From positions 1-63,001 of the forward strand of contig JANLHL010000045.1 of NCBI GenBank assembly GCA_024654535.1: a stretch of 63,001 nucleotides of DNA. Direction: 5' to 3'. This DNA comes from Candidatus Roizmanbacteria bacterium. Lineage in GTDB: Bacteria; Patescibacteriota; Microgenomatia; UBA1406. How positions within the stretch are numbered: position 1 is the first letter of the stretch; each line of letters starts with the position of its first letter. The notes beneath the pieces were generated by a model that was not told where the DNA came from, did not search any database, and worked only from the letters and a program-made list of their open reading frames with translations. Of this stretch, positions 46,501 through 54,690 are shown one piece after another. The position numbers were made by a program, and so were the translations under genes.

Positions 46501-47434
46501 ACTCAAAGATAATATTCAACTTGTTATTGATCCAATAGCTCTACTCACTATTCACTCGTTGGACATTAAAGACCTAATGATAAAGGCTTACGGAAAATTA
46601 GGAATAGCTCAATCGACTTTAGATTTAATCAATCAACAAATATCACAATTGGAACCTATTAAAGAAAAGGGCTATCTAACTTTAGGCAAACAAGGAGAGC
46701 AATTTACCAAGTGGGAAGTCAAACCTGAGACTATAAAAAAGAACATCAAATATTTAAAAGATTTGAGCCAATGGATTAAAGACAACTGTGAAATACTTCC
46801 AATTACAGAAATGGAAGACATTACTAAAGAACAGAAAGAAGATTTAGAAAAACTCTTTGGTATCCCTTCCATAGATACAGTTTTAATTGCGAGAACTAAA
46901 GAGAAGCTTTTATTTTCTGATGATCAACCGTTAAGAGAGGTTAGTAAAAACGAGTATCACGTTAATGGGATTTGGACTCAAGCTCTTTTAATGAATGCAT
47001 TGGGTAAGGGCTTTATAACTCAGGAGCAATATGACGACTATGTTCTTAAACTTGTGGGTTTAAATTATTACTACACAAGCGTAAGTGGCAAAAACTTGTT
47101 TTACGCTCTAGGGAAAGCTAACTGGAAGCTCGAAGAACCATTTAAGAGTGCTTTAAGAATGTTAGAGCCATCTTTTACTGATACCGATTCATCAATAAAT
47201 GTAGCTGTCGACTTTTTATATGATGTGTTTACGCAAAAAGTGATACTTGGAGATGTAAATCCAATTTTATTTAGTTTGCTTGATAGTTTAACCAAAGATA
47301 GGCTTGTAGGTGGAGTTTTAGGAAAGTTGATACAGGATTTGAAAAAAAGATTTTATTTAATACCTCTAGATTTAAAACTTATTCTTGATGCAGTAGAAAT
47401 TTGGAACAAAGCAAAGATAGTCAAAACCCAGTAA
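43586..47434 (+). CDS. 1282-aa multidomain protein: DUF4365 (restriction-endonuclease-fold) + long TPR array + GreA/GreB-C-terminal-like domain + PIN-like domain
   Basis: aa 1-150: ADVDGRVRL...EFQLKST (DUF4365 pattern).
aa ~190-790: repeated A..Y..AL...P TPR units.
aa ~800-850: RPSEELAKKLMGKKVGDKVEIK (GreA C-terminal-type motif).
aa ~970-1130: IQLVIDPIALLT and LLFSDDQPL (PIN-type acidic motifs). Confidence 0.8.
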   Translation: MSEFSEQTIIDEKGLKILALAFDELFIDIQSFGAKDKTADVDGRVRLRDGKSKNLNKVLEFQLKSTKKVKGNKHRFDRKDIDYQLSCNIPTLMFVVDVTSKKTYWYYFPNNVNKLDIGKSYETKTLDLKGCEVDGNSKELKELWEKIASVEPSEISSKTATSELELDVRADKTETSSQVRAVLSYEATSEYQSELDNARDLINNNKPLTALSILEDLKKRVWNKTSDNLVKFRILTNIGASKLALDQETEACKLFLEALQYNPDDEKALANVSLAYLLSGDSAQAITYALKTLDKNPSNPQALSVFLQAADKKKRDSYLDKLSSTLKNSPEVYFSLGFVEQKNDNYEQAIPYLRKALELDDGKSLEIPSTLAGALIDKNVPVLKKQELEGLTKKDNAEVEEAIGLLDKVWGKVENTELAKTKVSWLVNRSFAKRVLGKYDEAYEDAKKACELDPDNFNGIRNFAILSFEMNKYDEAIKLLEPFKNSKEFPQATYLMGLVVRERKDFDKAIALILSQLEQPNITDDTKEDGLALLIETYLMAGKPDDAEKYINDNLKKNEKNLMLLVFKSKLYQDRGQQSEAIEQIKKAYSYLTETSSYHDKFMVGSQLYKLQQFKETQAIYEEIVDKSVYSQLLYRLLYTYYETNSYAKALALSRSIIQKQGPIDDVLKIQAAILEEQGDLDGVIATYDMAIENNPNDISSKVQKGFVLLRQNKFKEVDKYLDETIFDLETLSETMRFRLGYLYALRGKIDEFLTTIYETRRKFYDDEKAHVEYIQLFFMRTKDTESILAPKEVKEGTGVVYKLPNGQLERFVIDDREDASKALKEIRPSEELAKKLMGKKVGDKVEIKPRVIVEITEIKSKYVHALHESMALHQSLFSDTPGLQSIQLGEPKKKGELPEGFDVIEKQITDQYDHAQKVEALYKNKKITIGAFANLIGRNIIEVWGGMVAEERLGINYARGDLQERITAVAELKDNIQLVIDPIALLTIHSLDIKDLMIKAYGKLGIAQSTLDLINQQISQLEPIKEKGYLTLGKQGEQFTKWEVKPETIKKNIKYLKDLSQWIKDNCEILPITEMEDITKEQKEDLEKLFGIPSIDTVLIARTKEKLLFSDDQPLREVSKNEYHVNGIWTQALLMNALGKGFITQEQYDDYVLKLVGLNYYYTSVSGKNLFYALGKANWKLEEPFKSALRMLEPSFTDTDSSINVAVDFLYDVFTQKVILGDVNPILFSLLDSLTKDRLVGGVLGKLIQDLKKRFYLIPLDLKLILDAVEIWNKAKIVKTQ

Positions 47435-47442
47435 ACAGCAAA

Positions 47443-47466
47443 GAAGGCTAGTATTACCTAGCCTTC
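47443..47466. terminator. bidirectional hairpin between convergent genes
   Basis: GAAGGCTAG-tattac-CTAGCCTTC is a perfect 9-bp stem, 9 nt after the stop of the 1282-aa gene. There is no clear U-tract. Confidence 0.45.
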
Positions 47467-47486
47467 CTTGGGTGTCTTCCCACTAT

Positions 47487-47714
47487 TTATTTAGAGGAAT
47501 TAATAGAAGTGGACTTCTTTATTTTAACCACCTCTTTCACTTCTTGCACTGGTGGTACTTCTACTTTCTGTTTTGCTTCCGCCAGTCGTGCTTTACGTTT
47601 TAACATATATCTGCGGTGAGCTTCCTTCGCTTTCTCGCCTGATTGGTATTTTTTTCTTGCGATCTGACCCTTCTCAGATTTTGCATAACGGATTTGTGCT
47701 TCACTCCATGCCAT
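47487..47714 (-). CDS. small Lys/Arg-rich hypothetical protein
   Basis: GGAGGTG RBS 6 nt upstream of the ATG at 47714 (MAWSEAQIRYAKSEKGQIARKKY...). Confidence 0.55.
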   Translation of the reverse strand: MAWSEAQIRYAKSEKGQIARKKYQSGEKAKEAHRRYMLKRKARLAEAKQKVEVPPVQEVKEVVKIKKSTSINSSK

Positions 47715-47971
47715 AAATATCACCTCCTTTTTTGTTTATTAAACTTCTAATCATCTATATCTATTATCAAAACAAACCTCACTAAAGGCACTCCCGTAGT
47801 AACTGGAAACCACTATATATAAGGGTGGCAGAATCTTTGATTTATACCTGCAGATCAGGTAAAATGAATATGTTGAGTTAACAAATCTAGGTTTGTTCCT
47901 CACTGAAAATAATAGGAAAATTTTAAGAAAATCGTGTACCTACTATTTATTAGTGGAAAAGGAGCAAACTT

Positions 47972-48922
47972 ATGAAAAACATTACAATACTGCAACCAAA
48001 AGCAGAGTTTAGCGAACAGTTACAAGACAGACTTTCAAGACTTGGTGACATCACTTATATAGACAGCCTCCGAGAATATTCCCTAGAAGAACTTATCCCT
48101 CTCGTTAAACACGCAGACATTCTAGCCTTTGATCCTGACTCTGTTGGTGGAGTGGAAAAAGCACCTGCACGACTACAAACTTTACTTGAAGCCATGCCGA
48201 CAGTTAAAGGACTGGCTCTTAATACCTCAGGCTTTGAATATGTTAATAAAGAGTATCTCCGAGAAAGAGATATTGTTACCTCAAATGCTCCTTACTATTA
48301 TGTTGAAGCTATCGCTCAGCATACAGTTGCTCTCTTAATGGGTTGCGCTAAACGAATATTCCTAGCAGACCGAAGAACAAAAAAGAAAAAGTATCGACTT
48401 GATTTAGGGAGAGAACCAAGTCATTTATCAGTTGGCATTATTGGACTGGGTCATGTTGGAGAGAGGGTAGCAAAACTCTGTCAGGGATTAGGAATGAGTG
48501 TATCCGCCTACAACCGAACACCTACTCGAATGGAATTTGTTCACAGACGAAAATTAGATGAAATCCTGCATAGCTCTGATGTTATTCTTTTGCATCTAGC
48601 ACTAAATGAAGAAACAAAAGGGTTTTTATCCCTAGAAGAAATTCATAGGATTAAAGATGGGGCAATCGTTATCAATACAGCTCACAGATTACTAGTAAAT
48701 GAGCAGGAAATGGCGAATGCACTAAAGTTTGGGAGAATCGACCAATATTGTTTTGAAGCAGACTCCGTTAATGGATCACCGCTAAAGGATATTGAAACAG
48801 CAATCGCCTTTAAACCTTTCGGTTGGTATACAAAGGAAGCATTAAACAGAAATAAAGAGATATGGGTAGAAAATATCGCAGGGTTATGTCGAGGAAACCC
48901 TACTAACAGGATTGCCTTGTAG
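47972..48922 (+). CDS. D-isomer-specific 2-hydroxyacid dehydrogenase family protein
   Basis: GGAG RBS, the NAD-binding motif VGIIGLGHVGERVA, and a catalytic-domain layout. Confidence 0.85.
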   Translation: MKNITILQPKAEFSEQLQDRLSRLGDITYIDSLREYSLEELIPLVKHADILAFDPDSVGGVEKAPARLQTLLEAMPTVKGLALNTSGFEYVNKEYLRERDIVTSNAPYYYVEAIAQHTVALLMGCAKRIFLADRRTKKKKYRLDLGREPSHLSVGIIGLGHVGERVAKLCQGLGMSVSAYNRTPTRMEFVHRRKLDEILHSSDVILLHLALNEETKGFLSLEEIHRIKDGAIVINTAHRLLVNEQEMANALKFGRIDQYCFEADSVNGSPLKDIETAIAFKPFGWYTKEALNRNKEIWVENIAGLCRGNPTNRIAL

Positions 48923-49054
48923 GTATATAAATCAATTGTGGGACATTCCTATAACAGGTGAAACAATCGCTAGTTTAAAACAGGTATCTTTCATACATTT
49001 AGCTTCAAACGCCTCGTAAATCGCATTTAAACGCTTTGTACGAGGTAATATTCT

Positions 49055-50461
49055 CTACCGAAGTAATAAACCATCTTCAATTGAGCTGATTAGTTTTAAC
49101 ATGATGTCATTTAAGCTTTTTTCCTCTAACGTGGTCGGCAGGGAGTCAATAATATTTAATATTGATACTCTTCTAAATTCCTTTACCATATTTTTAATTT
49201 GGAGTTCAGGATGTAGCGCAAAAATCAGTCCTTCTATTGTTTCAAATGCTTTGAAATATCGGACAATGCCTACCGGTACTTGAAAACCGTTTCTTTGCAA
49301 CAAGTTTAAAACCTCCACCAATATTGGTCCTGATTGTTTTTGTTGTGCAAGGTATGTTTTTGAGTCAAATGTGCTCACTAGTTTTTCGGAGATCAAATCA
49401 TATCCTTTTCTTACTTCTGCTAAGTTATTTGGAGTATTTTCACCACAAAGAGAAACTAAGGAATTAAATGCATCGTTAGAATTCCCAGTTAACATTGATC
49501 TTAAATATCTAAGAATCAAAACCCTCTCTTTTTTCGATAGTGTTCCAACAATGCCAAAATCAATGAAAATCAATTCTCCCTTTTCGTTATAAATTACATT
49601 TGCAGGGTGAGGATCGGCATGGAAAAAACCATGAATATGTGACATTTCAAGGGTATTTCTTATCAGTTTATTTACAATCAACTTGCCATCAAAATTTAAC
49701 GATTTTAGTTTGTTTAATATGACTGTATTCTTGTCTCTCTTTGCTTGAATTATTTGTGAAAGACTATATCCGTCAACATACTCCATTACTAACACCTTGT
49801 TTGTGGAATATTTCTGATAAACTCGAGGACCACGAATACCATCTTTAACTATATTTTCTAACTCGTTAAACCTCTCAATATTTGCAGCCTCAAGTTGATA
49901 GTCCAATTCGTCTTTAGTCCATATTTCAAACTCTTCGACAATTTTTATCATCTTATTTGCAGGTTTTAAAATTACATCTGCTATTAATGCAATTTTCCTA
50001 AGTAGGGATAAATCAGAATCTACATTTTTCTTTACATTTGGTCTCTGCACTTTTACTGCGACAACACTTCCGTCTCTCAAATATGCTTTGTGAACTTGTG
50101 CAAAAGATGCTGAGGCTATTGGAGTAAAGTCAAATTTGGAAAACAATTCTGACGTGGTGGAATTTAACTCTCGATTTATTATTTCCTCAACGTAGTGTTT
50201 GGGGAAGGGAGGAACCTTATCAAGTAATTTATATAATTCGTTACAATAAGTGTCGGATAGAAAGTCAGGTCGAAGAGCCAACATCTGTCCTAACTTAACA
50301 AATACAGAACCTAGCTTTTCAAGTGATAGCCGTAAAAATACCGCCTGTTTATCTTCAGGATCGTTCTTTATTTTTGACCAAATAAATATATAGAACGAAA
50401 ATGAAAGAAAAACCGACACAATCTCACCAAGTCTAAGAAATTGATTAATTTTACTTCTCAT
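49055..50461 (-). CDS. ABC1/UbiB-family atypical protein kinase
   Basis: LGSVFVKLGQMLALRPD, ASASFAQVHKA, VAVKVQRP, HADPHPANV, IDFGIVG. Confidence 0.85.
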   Translation of the reverse strand: MRSKINQFLRLGEIVSVFLSFSFYIFIWSKIKNDPEDKQAVFLRLSLEKLGSVFVKLGQMLALRPDFLSDTYCNELYKLLDKVPPFPKHYVEEIINRELNSTTSELFSKFDFTPIASASFAQVHKAYLRDGSVVAVKVQRPNVKKNVDSDLSLLRKIALIADVILKPANKMIKIVEEFEIWTKDELDYQLEAANIERFNELENIVKDGIRGPRVYQKYSTNKVLVMEYVDGYSLSQIIQAKRDKNTVILNKLKSLNFDGKLIVNKLIRNTLEMSHIHGFFHADPHPANVIYNEKGELIFIDFGIVGTLSKKERVLILRYLRSMLTGNSNDAFNSLVSLCGENTPNNLAEVRKGYDLISEKLVSTFDSKTYLAQQKQSGPILVEVLNLLQRNGFQVPVGIVRYFKAFETIEGLIFALHPELQIKNMVKEFRRVSILNIIDSLPTTLEEKSLNDIMLKLISSIEDGLLLR

Positions 50462-50483
50462 ATATTAATTATACTGATATAGG

Positions 50484-50858
50484 TTATTCTTCTACCACTT
50501 TCTCTTTATCCTTACAATTTGCACAAACTATGATTTTTTGAGTTGATTTCTCAAAGAACCCGATAAATGCCTGGGATCCTTTCTTTAAGGGTTTACCGCA
50601 AAGAGAACAATGAACATCTTTGTTGAGAGTGATAGATTGGTAGCCAACAATTGAGTCTTCACCTGAATCAATATAACTTCTTAGTTTCTTATCAATCGCA
50701 TCCCATACTTCTCCGTGGATTTCTAAATAATCTTCTACTAGATTTCTTAACAGATTAGAAGTGGAAATACGATGTTTCTTTGCCTTACTTGAAATTTTGT
50801 CGTAAAGCTCTTTTGATACTCTCGTATGAACAACCTTCTCGTTTTTATTATCATCCAT
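50484..50858 (-). CDS. ribbon-helix-helix (CopG-like) + C-terminal zinc-ribbon protein
   Basis: GGAGGTG RBS before the ATG at 50858. HTRVSKELYDKISSKAKKHRISTSNLLRNLVEDYL is RHH-like, with C-terminal CSLCGKPL...CANC. Confidence 0.6.
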   Translation of the reverse strand: MDDNKNEKVVHTRVSKELYDKISSKAKKHRISTSNLLRNLVEDYLEIHGEVWDAIDKKLRSYIDSGEDSIVGYQSITLNKDVHCSLCGKPLKKGSQAFIGFFEKSTQKIIVCANCKDKEKVVEE

Positions 50859-50881
50859 ATTATTTTTCACCTCCTTTAATC

Positions 50882-50897
50882 ACAATGTATACATTGT
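50882..50897. promoter_or_regulatory. perfect 16-bp palindrome, candidate operator of the RHH gene
   Basis: ACAATGTATACATTGT lies 24 nt upstream of the RHH gene start and is followed by a third CACAAT half-site. Confidence 0.45.
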
Positions 50898-51029
50898 ATC
50901 ACAATATAGACGTATGTCAATTCTAACCAGTAAACTGAGTGGTTCTTATGACGTACCTTCTTTCCTTTAAAATTGTTATACTGACTATGTACATGATGAT
51001 GGTTACTCAAGTTTAAGAGGAGAAAATAT

Positions 51030-51317
51030 ATGAAAATTGCATTAGTAGGGTTAGTTCTTGGTTTAACATTGTTTGCTGTTGTTCCTCTCGCTCATGCCGA
51101 AGCCGATGAATGTCCTGCCGCTCCTTCGATTGCCGCACATTACTTACACGAACAGGGAATAAAGTCAGGGAGTGAGACTTTTAAAAATGTTGTATCCGTT
51201 ATCTCCAAACAAATGGGACCACAAACAGACTTTAATAATGTTAAAGCTTGCGATACAGAACAATATAAGAGGCTTGTGATATTTAATGTTGTTAATAGTT
51301 TGAATTATAGTAAATAG
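51030..51317 (+). CDS. small secreted hypothetical protein
   Basis: AGGAG RBS, a signal peptide (MKIALVGLVLGLTLFAVVPLAHA), and two Cys. Confidence 0.55.
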   Translation: MKIALVGLVLGLTLFAVVPLAHAEADECPAAPSIAAHYLHEQGIKSGSETFKNVVSVISKQMGPQTDFNNVKACDTEQYKRLVIFNVVNSLNYSK

Positions 51318-51326
51318 GGCTTAGTA

Positions 51327-52907
51327 TCAAGCTGAAATAGCCATACAAGGCTTTACTTTCTCGATTTCTTCTCTGATTTGAGCTACAAGCCTAAAGTCAG
51401 AGAAAGCCTTGATAATACAAGCTAATTGCGTGGTTATATTAGTGTTACGATTCTCGAGCCACGCTTGACGATCAGCATAATTTAAGATCGTATCGAAGGG
51501 TTTTATCGCTTCGTATTGCACCGTTTTGTTATCTAACCTCAGGTTCTGAAATACCAACTTCACTAATTGACGCTTTTCCTCAATTTCAGAACTTAAAAAA
51601 AGGTCGTATGCTCGATTAGACAATTCCAGCAAGTATTTAACCGTTATATAGTAGTTATCTTCGGCTTCCTGAAGCATGCTTAGTCGGGTATCAATTTCAG
51701 TTATATTATCTCGGAAGGTTTGATAGTATCTGTCATACGCATCGTCAGTAATACGCCCTTTCAATTTATCAAGATAAAGATTGTCCATCATTGTAGTTGT
51801 GGTTTTATGTTCTGTTGTTAGTTTCTCAAATTGCTTATTCTGAAAATCCATTTTTCCTTCATGAACAGTCTTCAGACTTTCGACTACTTTTTCCAGTACC
51901 CATTTGGGGATTCTCAAGCGTTTAAATATACTACCTATTTGTTCGGTCAAATTCTCTTCTGTTACCCACTTTGCACCGTGCTTACCATTGTGCTGTGTAC
52001 AATGGTAGTAGACGTGTCCCTTGTGCTTCTCAGGGGTTATAGCTAGACCACAGTAGCCACAGCGGAGCAGTCCACGATAGATATATGGTTTGCCTGCGTA
52101 CTTAAAAGGTTTCTTGCTGAAGCTTGCCTTAACTTGCTGTACTTGGTCAAAAAGTTCTTTGCTTATAATTGGCGGGTATTTATGTTTGTACTGCTTGTTT
52201 TTCCAAGTCATTATGCCGTAGTAGAAGTGGTTTTTTAGTATCTTATCTGTCATACCCTTTGACCAATCGACCCCATACTCTGATTTAATTTTTTGGCGCA
52301 GTAATTCCATAGAGAAGCTACTAGCTGAGTACCATTCGTAGGCTTTCTGAACAATCTTTGAGGGAAAATCATCTATAACAATCTCAGTTTTATCTTTACT
52401 TATTGGCACTCGTTTGTACCCGTAAGGAGGTCTAGTTGGATATGTACCCATTCTTAGCATTTGCTCTTGGGCTCGTTTTACATTATCGCTGATAGCGTCT
52501 GAGTAGTACTTGGCAAGACCTAGGCTTATACTGAAATTGAACTTCTCAACTGCTGAAAGATGACTATTGATGACCTGTCCATCAGATACGAAATGTATTT
52601 CAATCTCATCCTTAAGAGCCTTTTCATAGAGAATAGAAACTCGCTTATCAAATATGTTGCGGGATAGTCGGTCAACTTTATCGAAGCCTACTGCAACCTT
52701 TTCTTTTTGTGAAAGAATAAAATCAAGAATGTTATCAAAATCGTCCCGCTTACTCTTGTATGCACTTTCATCAAAACTAAACGCTTTTATTATTGGGTAG
52801 CCTTTATTTTGAAAGTATTTTTTAAGTCGTGCAGTTTGTGCGGGTAAAGAGTTACCAGCATCCTTTTGTTCTTCTGTGCTAACTCTTGAAGTTATTATGG
52901 CTCTCAT
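51327..52907 (-). CDS. large serine recombinase (integrase) 2
   Basis: Catalytic IITSRVSTEEQ, recombinase domain, Zn ribbon (CGYCGLAITPEKHKGHVYYHC), and a coiled-coil. The C-terminal region is homologous to recombinase 1 up to ..WL. Confidence 0.9.
   Translation of the reverse strand: MRAIITSRVSTEEQKDAGNSLPAQTARLKKYFQNKGYPIIKAFSFDESAYKSKRDDFDNILDFILSQKEKVAVGFDKVDRLSRNIFDKRVSILYEKALKDEIEIHFVSDGQVINSHLSAVEKFNFSISLGLAKYYSDAISDNVKRAQEQMLRMGTYPTRPPYGYKRVPISKDKTEIVIDDFPSKIVQKAYEWYSASSFSMELLRQKIKSEYGVDWSKGMTDKILKNHFYYGIMTWKNKQYKHKYPPIISKELFDQVQQVKASFSKKPFKYAGKPYIYRGLLRCGYCGLAITPEKHKGHVYYHCTQHNGKHGAKWVTEENLTEQIGSIFKRLRIPKWVLEKVVESLKTVHEGKMDFQNKQFEKLTTEHKTTTTMMDNLYLDKLKGRITDDAYDRYYQTFRDNITEIDTRLSMLQEAEDNYYITVKYLLELSNRAYDLFLSSEIEEKRQLVKLVFQNLRLDNKTVQYEAIKPFDTILNYADRQAWLENRNTNITTQLACIIKAFSDFRLVAQIREEIEKVKPCMAISA
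51353..51461. repeat. 109-bp near-identical repeat, copy 1 (recombinase C-terminal tail coding)
   Basis: Matches 59350-59458 with about 3 mismatches. Identity stops exactly after GAGCCA. Confidence 0.8.
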
Positions 52908-54295
52908 TTTTTATTTAAATATGTAGAAACTTCTTCGGAGAATTTATTGACTAGATTCATTGAATATATGACACCCAAACTTTCGTTTTCATCAGAACTT
53001 ACTAAAGAGGGCACCCCGATCATACATCCATTCTTATCTACAGCTAGACCTCCAGAATTCCCATGGCTGATTTTAGCCGAAGTTACAATTAAACCATCAC
53101 CTGGAAAACTACTTACTAGACCATCAGTAACGGTTAAACTATAACCTCCACTAATTGCAGGGTACCCAAAAATACGTACAGACTCACCTAATTTTAGATT
53201 TTCATTGGTGCATCTAGCGGTATCATCGAATGTCGGGAATTTCCGAGGATACTCACCAGCATATTTTTTATCACTTTCGTCGTAATAAGCAGCATAAATT
53301 GATACATAGGCTAGATCATATTTGTCGCTCAAGCCTGGAATAACAATCGGATGTGCCAAATAAATATCTTTTGGTTGTCCTGTCTTGGGGTCTGGTAAGA
53401 CCACAATACATCCTTCTTCGTCAACGTGGAGGTTGTTTTTATCTTGAGGGATGATATGTGAGTTCGTGAGTATTATACCTTCTTCGGTCATTATTGTGCC
53501 CGAACCCCCAGACGTTTCTTCATTTTTTACAGTGCTTGGGCAGAAAATGTTTACTACAGAAGAAGCAATCTCTTCTTGATTGTAATCAGATTTTTGTGCG
53601 TTTTTTGATGTGTCTATTGTCTTGAATGCCGAACCATTCTGTGTGTTGGAAGAGGTAGTTTTTACTGTCGTATCAGTGCCGAATGAACCATATAAAGCCA
53701 AAAGTATGAATACCCCACCTATAATAGTCCAAACCCAATTCCAAGTACCAAATTTTGAGGGCACAATTTTATCGTGATATTTTTTCCTCCAGTACTCATT
53801 AATCGTGTTTTGTATGGGGATTAGAGGTAATACACTCAGAGTGCTTAACCACCAATAAGGCTCTGGGAGTTTATAAAGTAAAACCAAAATAAAGTAGGCT
53901 GTTGCTAAAGTACCAGCTTCTAAACCTCTTGTTTTATCAATACTTTTTATCGCTTTTGAGACTTCCCGAAACAAATAGTAGGATGTTAATATTGAGAAGA
54001 ATGCCCGTGCCAAAGGGGTAACTTTCAAATCTCGCTCTGCTTTTAACGATTTCCATTGCTTATAGAACCAGTAAATATCATAAAGACCAAGGGTGACGGT
54101 AGATAATACAATAAGCTTAGATATAGAGATTACATAAGGATAGGGCGATGTATTTGAAGTGAGATAATCAGTTGTGGTCTCATGTTTGGTATGTATGTTT
54201 TCTGTTGATATGTTTTGTTTATCAATTTTTGTTCCGCATTGCTGACAAAAATCACCATCTTCTGGGTTTTGTTTTCCGCATTCTGGACAGTACAT
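52904..54295 (-). CDS. zinc-ribbon + multi-TM + trypsin-like (S1C) serine protease fusion
   Basis: MYCPECGKQNPEDGDFCQQCG, about 5 TM helices, and a protease triad context (TNSHIIP, KYDLAYV, SHGNSGGLAV). Confidence 0.78.
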   Translation of the reverse strand: MYCPECGKQNPEDGDFCQQCGTKIDKQNISTENIHTKHETTTDYLTSNTSPYPYVISISKLIVLSTVTLGLYDIYWFYKQWKSLKAERDLKVTPLARAFFSILTSYYLFREVSKAIKSIDKTRGLEAGTLATAYFILVLLYKLPEPYWWLSTLSVLPLIPIQNTINEYWRKKYHDKIVPSKFGTWNWVWTIIGGVFILLALYGSFGTDTTVKTTSSNTQNGSAFKTIDTSKNAQKSDYNQEEIASSVVNIFCPSTVKNEETSGGSGTIMTEEGIILTNSHIIPQDKNNLHVDEEGCIVVLPDPKTGQPKDIYLAHPIVIPGLSDKYDLAYVSIYAAYYDESDKKYAGEYPRKFPTFDDTARCTNENLKLGESVRIFGYPAISGGYSLTVTDGLVSSFPGDGLIVTSAKISHGNSGGLAVDKNGCMIGVPSLVSSDENESLGVIYSMNLVNKFSEEVSTYLNKK

Positions 54296-54299
54296 ATTA

Positions 54300-54689
54300 T
54301 TAGTATTCCTCGTGCTTCATTCCGATCGTTGGAATAAAACGCACTAAATTACTTATAAGATAAAATGGTGCAATAATAAGCGAGGTGGCGCTCCACCAAC
54401 CTAAAAATAAAGTGGTAAGTGTCTTTTTTTTGAACTCTCGGTTTATACATTTTTTGCAAAATCTGCCTTTTACTGATGAGTATCGCCGTGCAAATATCAT
54501 TCCTATATTTTGATTAAACTCAACATTTTTAGTTGGCGCAAGACTACCACAAAGTTGGCACCCCCTTGTTTGTTTGGCAAAGTAGGTTTCGACTGATCCT
54601 TGTACTTGTTTTTCTTCAAGAGGCTCGCCACATTTATGGCAAAACTTTGCGTCTGCGTTAGTGTTTGAATTACAATTTTGGCAAAGCAT
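54300..54689 (-). CDS. double zinc-ribbon membrane protein
   Basis: MLCQNCNSNTNADAKFCHKCG plus CQLCGS...FCKKC, and a C-terminal TM helix. Confidence 0.62.
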   Translation of the reverse strand: MLCQNCNSNTNADAKFCHKCGEPLEEKQVQGSVETYFAKQTRGCQLCGSLAPTKNVEFNQNIGMIFARRYSSVKGRFCKKCINREFKKKTLTTLFLGWWSATSLIIAPFYLISNLVRFIPTIGMKHEEY

Positions 54690-54690
54690 T

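Larger units (their letters stand above)
37467..51461. mobile_element. integrative element A (~14 kb): serine recombinase 1, resolvase-like gene, Rep-like gene, cargo operons
   Basis: Bounded by GAGCCA-core junctions at 37470-75 and 51456-61. The recombinase lies at the tRNA-proximal end. Visibly lower GC than the flanking chromosome. Confidence 0.55.

Noticed and set aside
47724-47971. Possible riboswitch or ncRNA in the 248-nt leader before the 2-hydroxyacid dehydrogenase (repeat CCTCACTRAA, hairpin AACAAA-tctagg-TTTGTT).
   Set aside because: There is no match to any riboswitch core I can recognise. The repeats are short and could be promoter/operator elements of the divergent genes.
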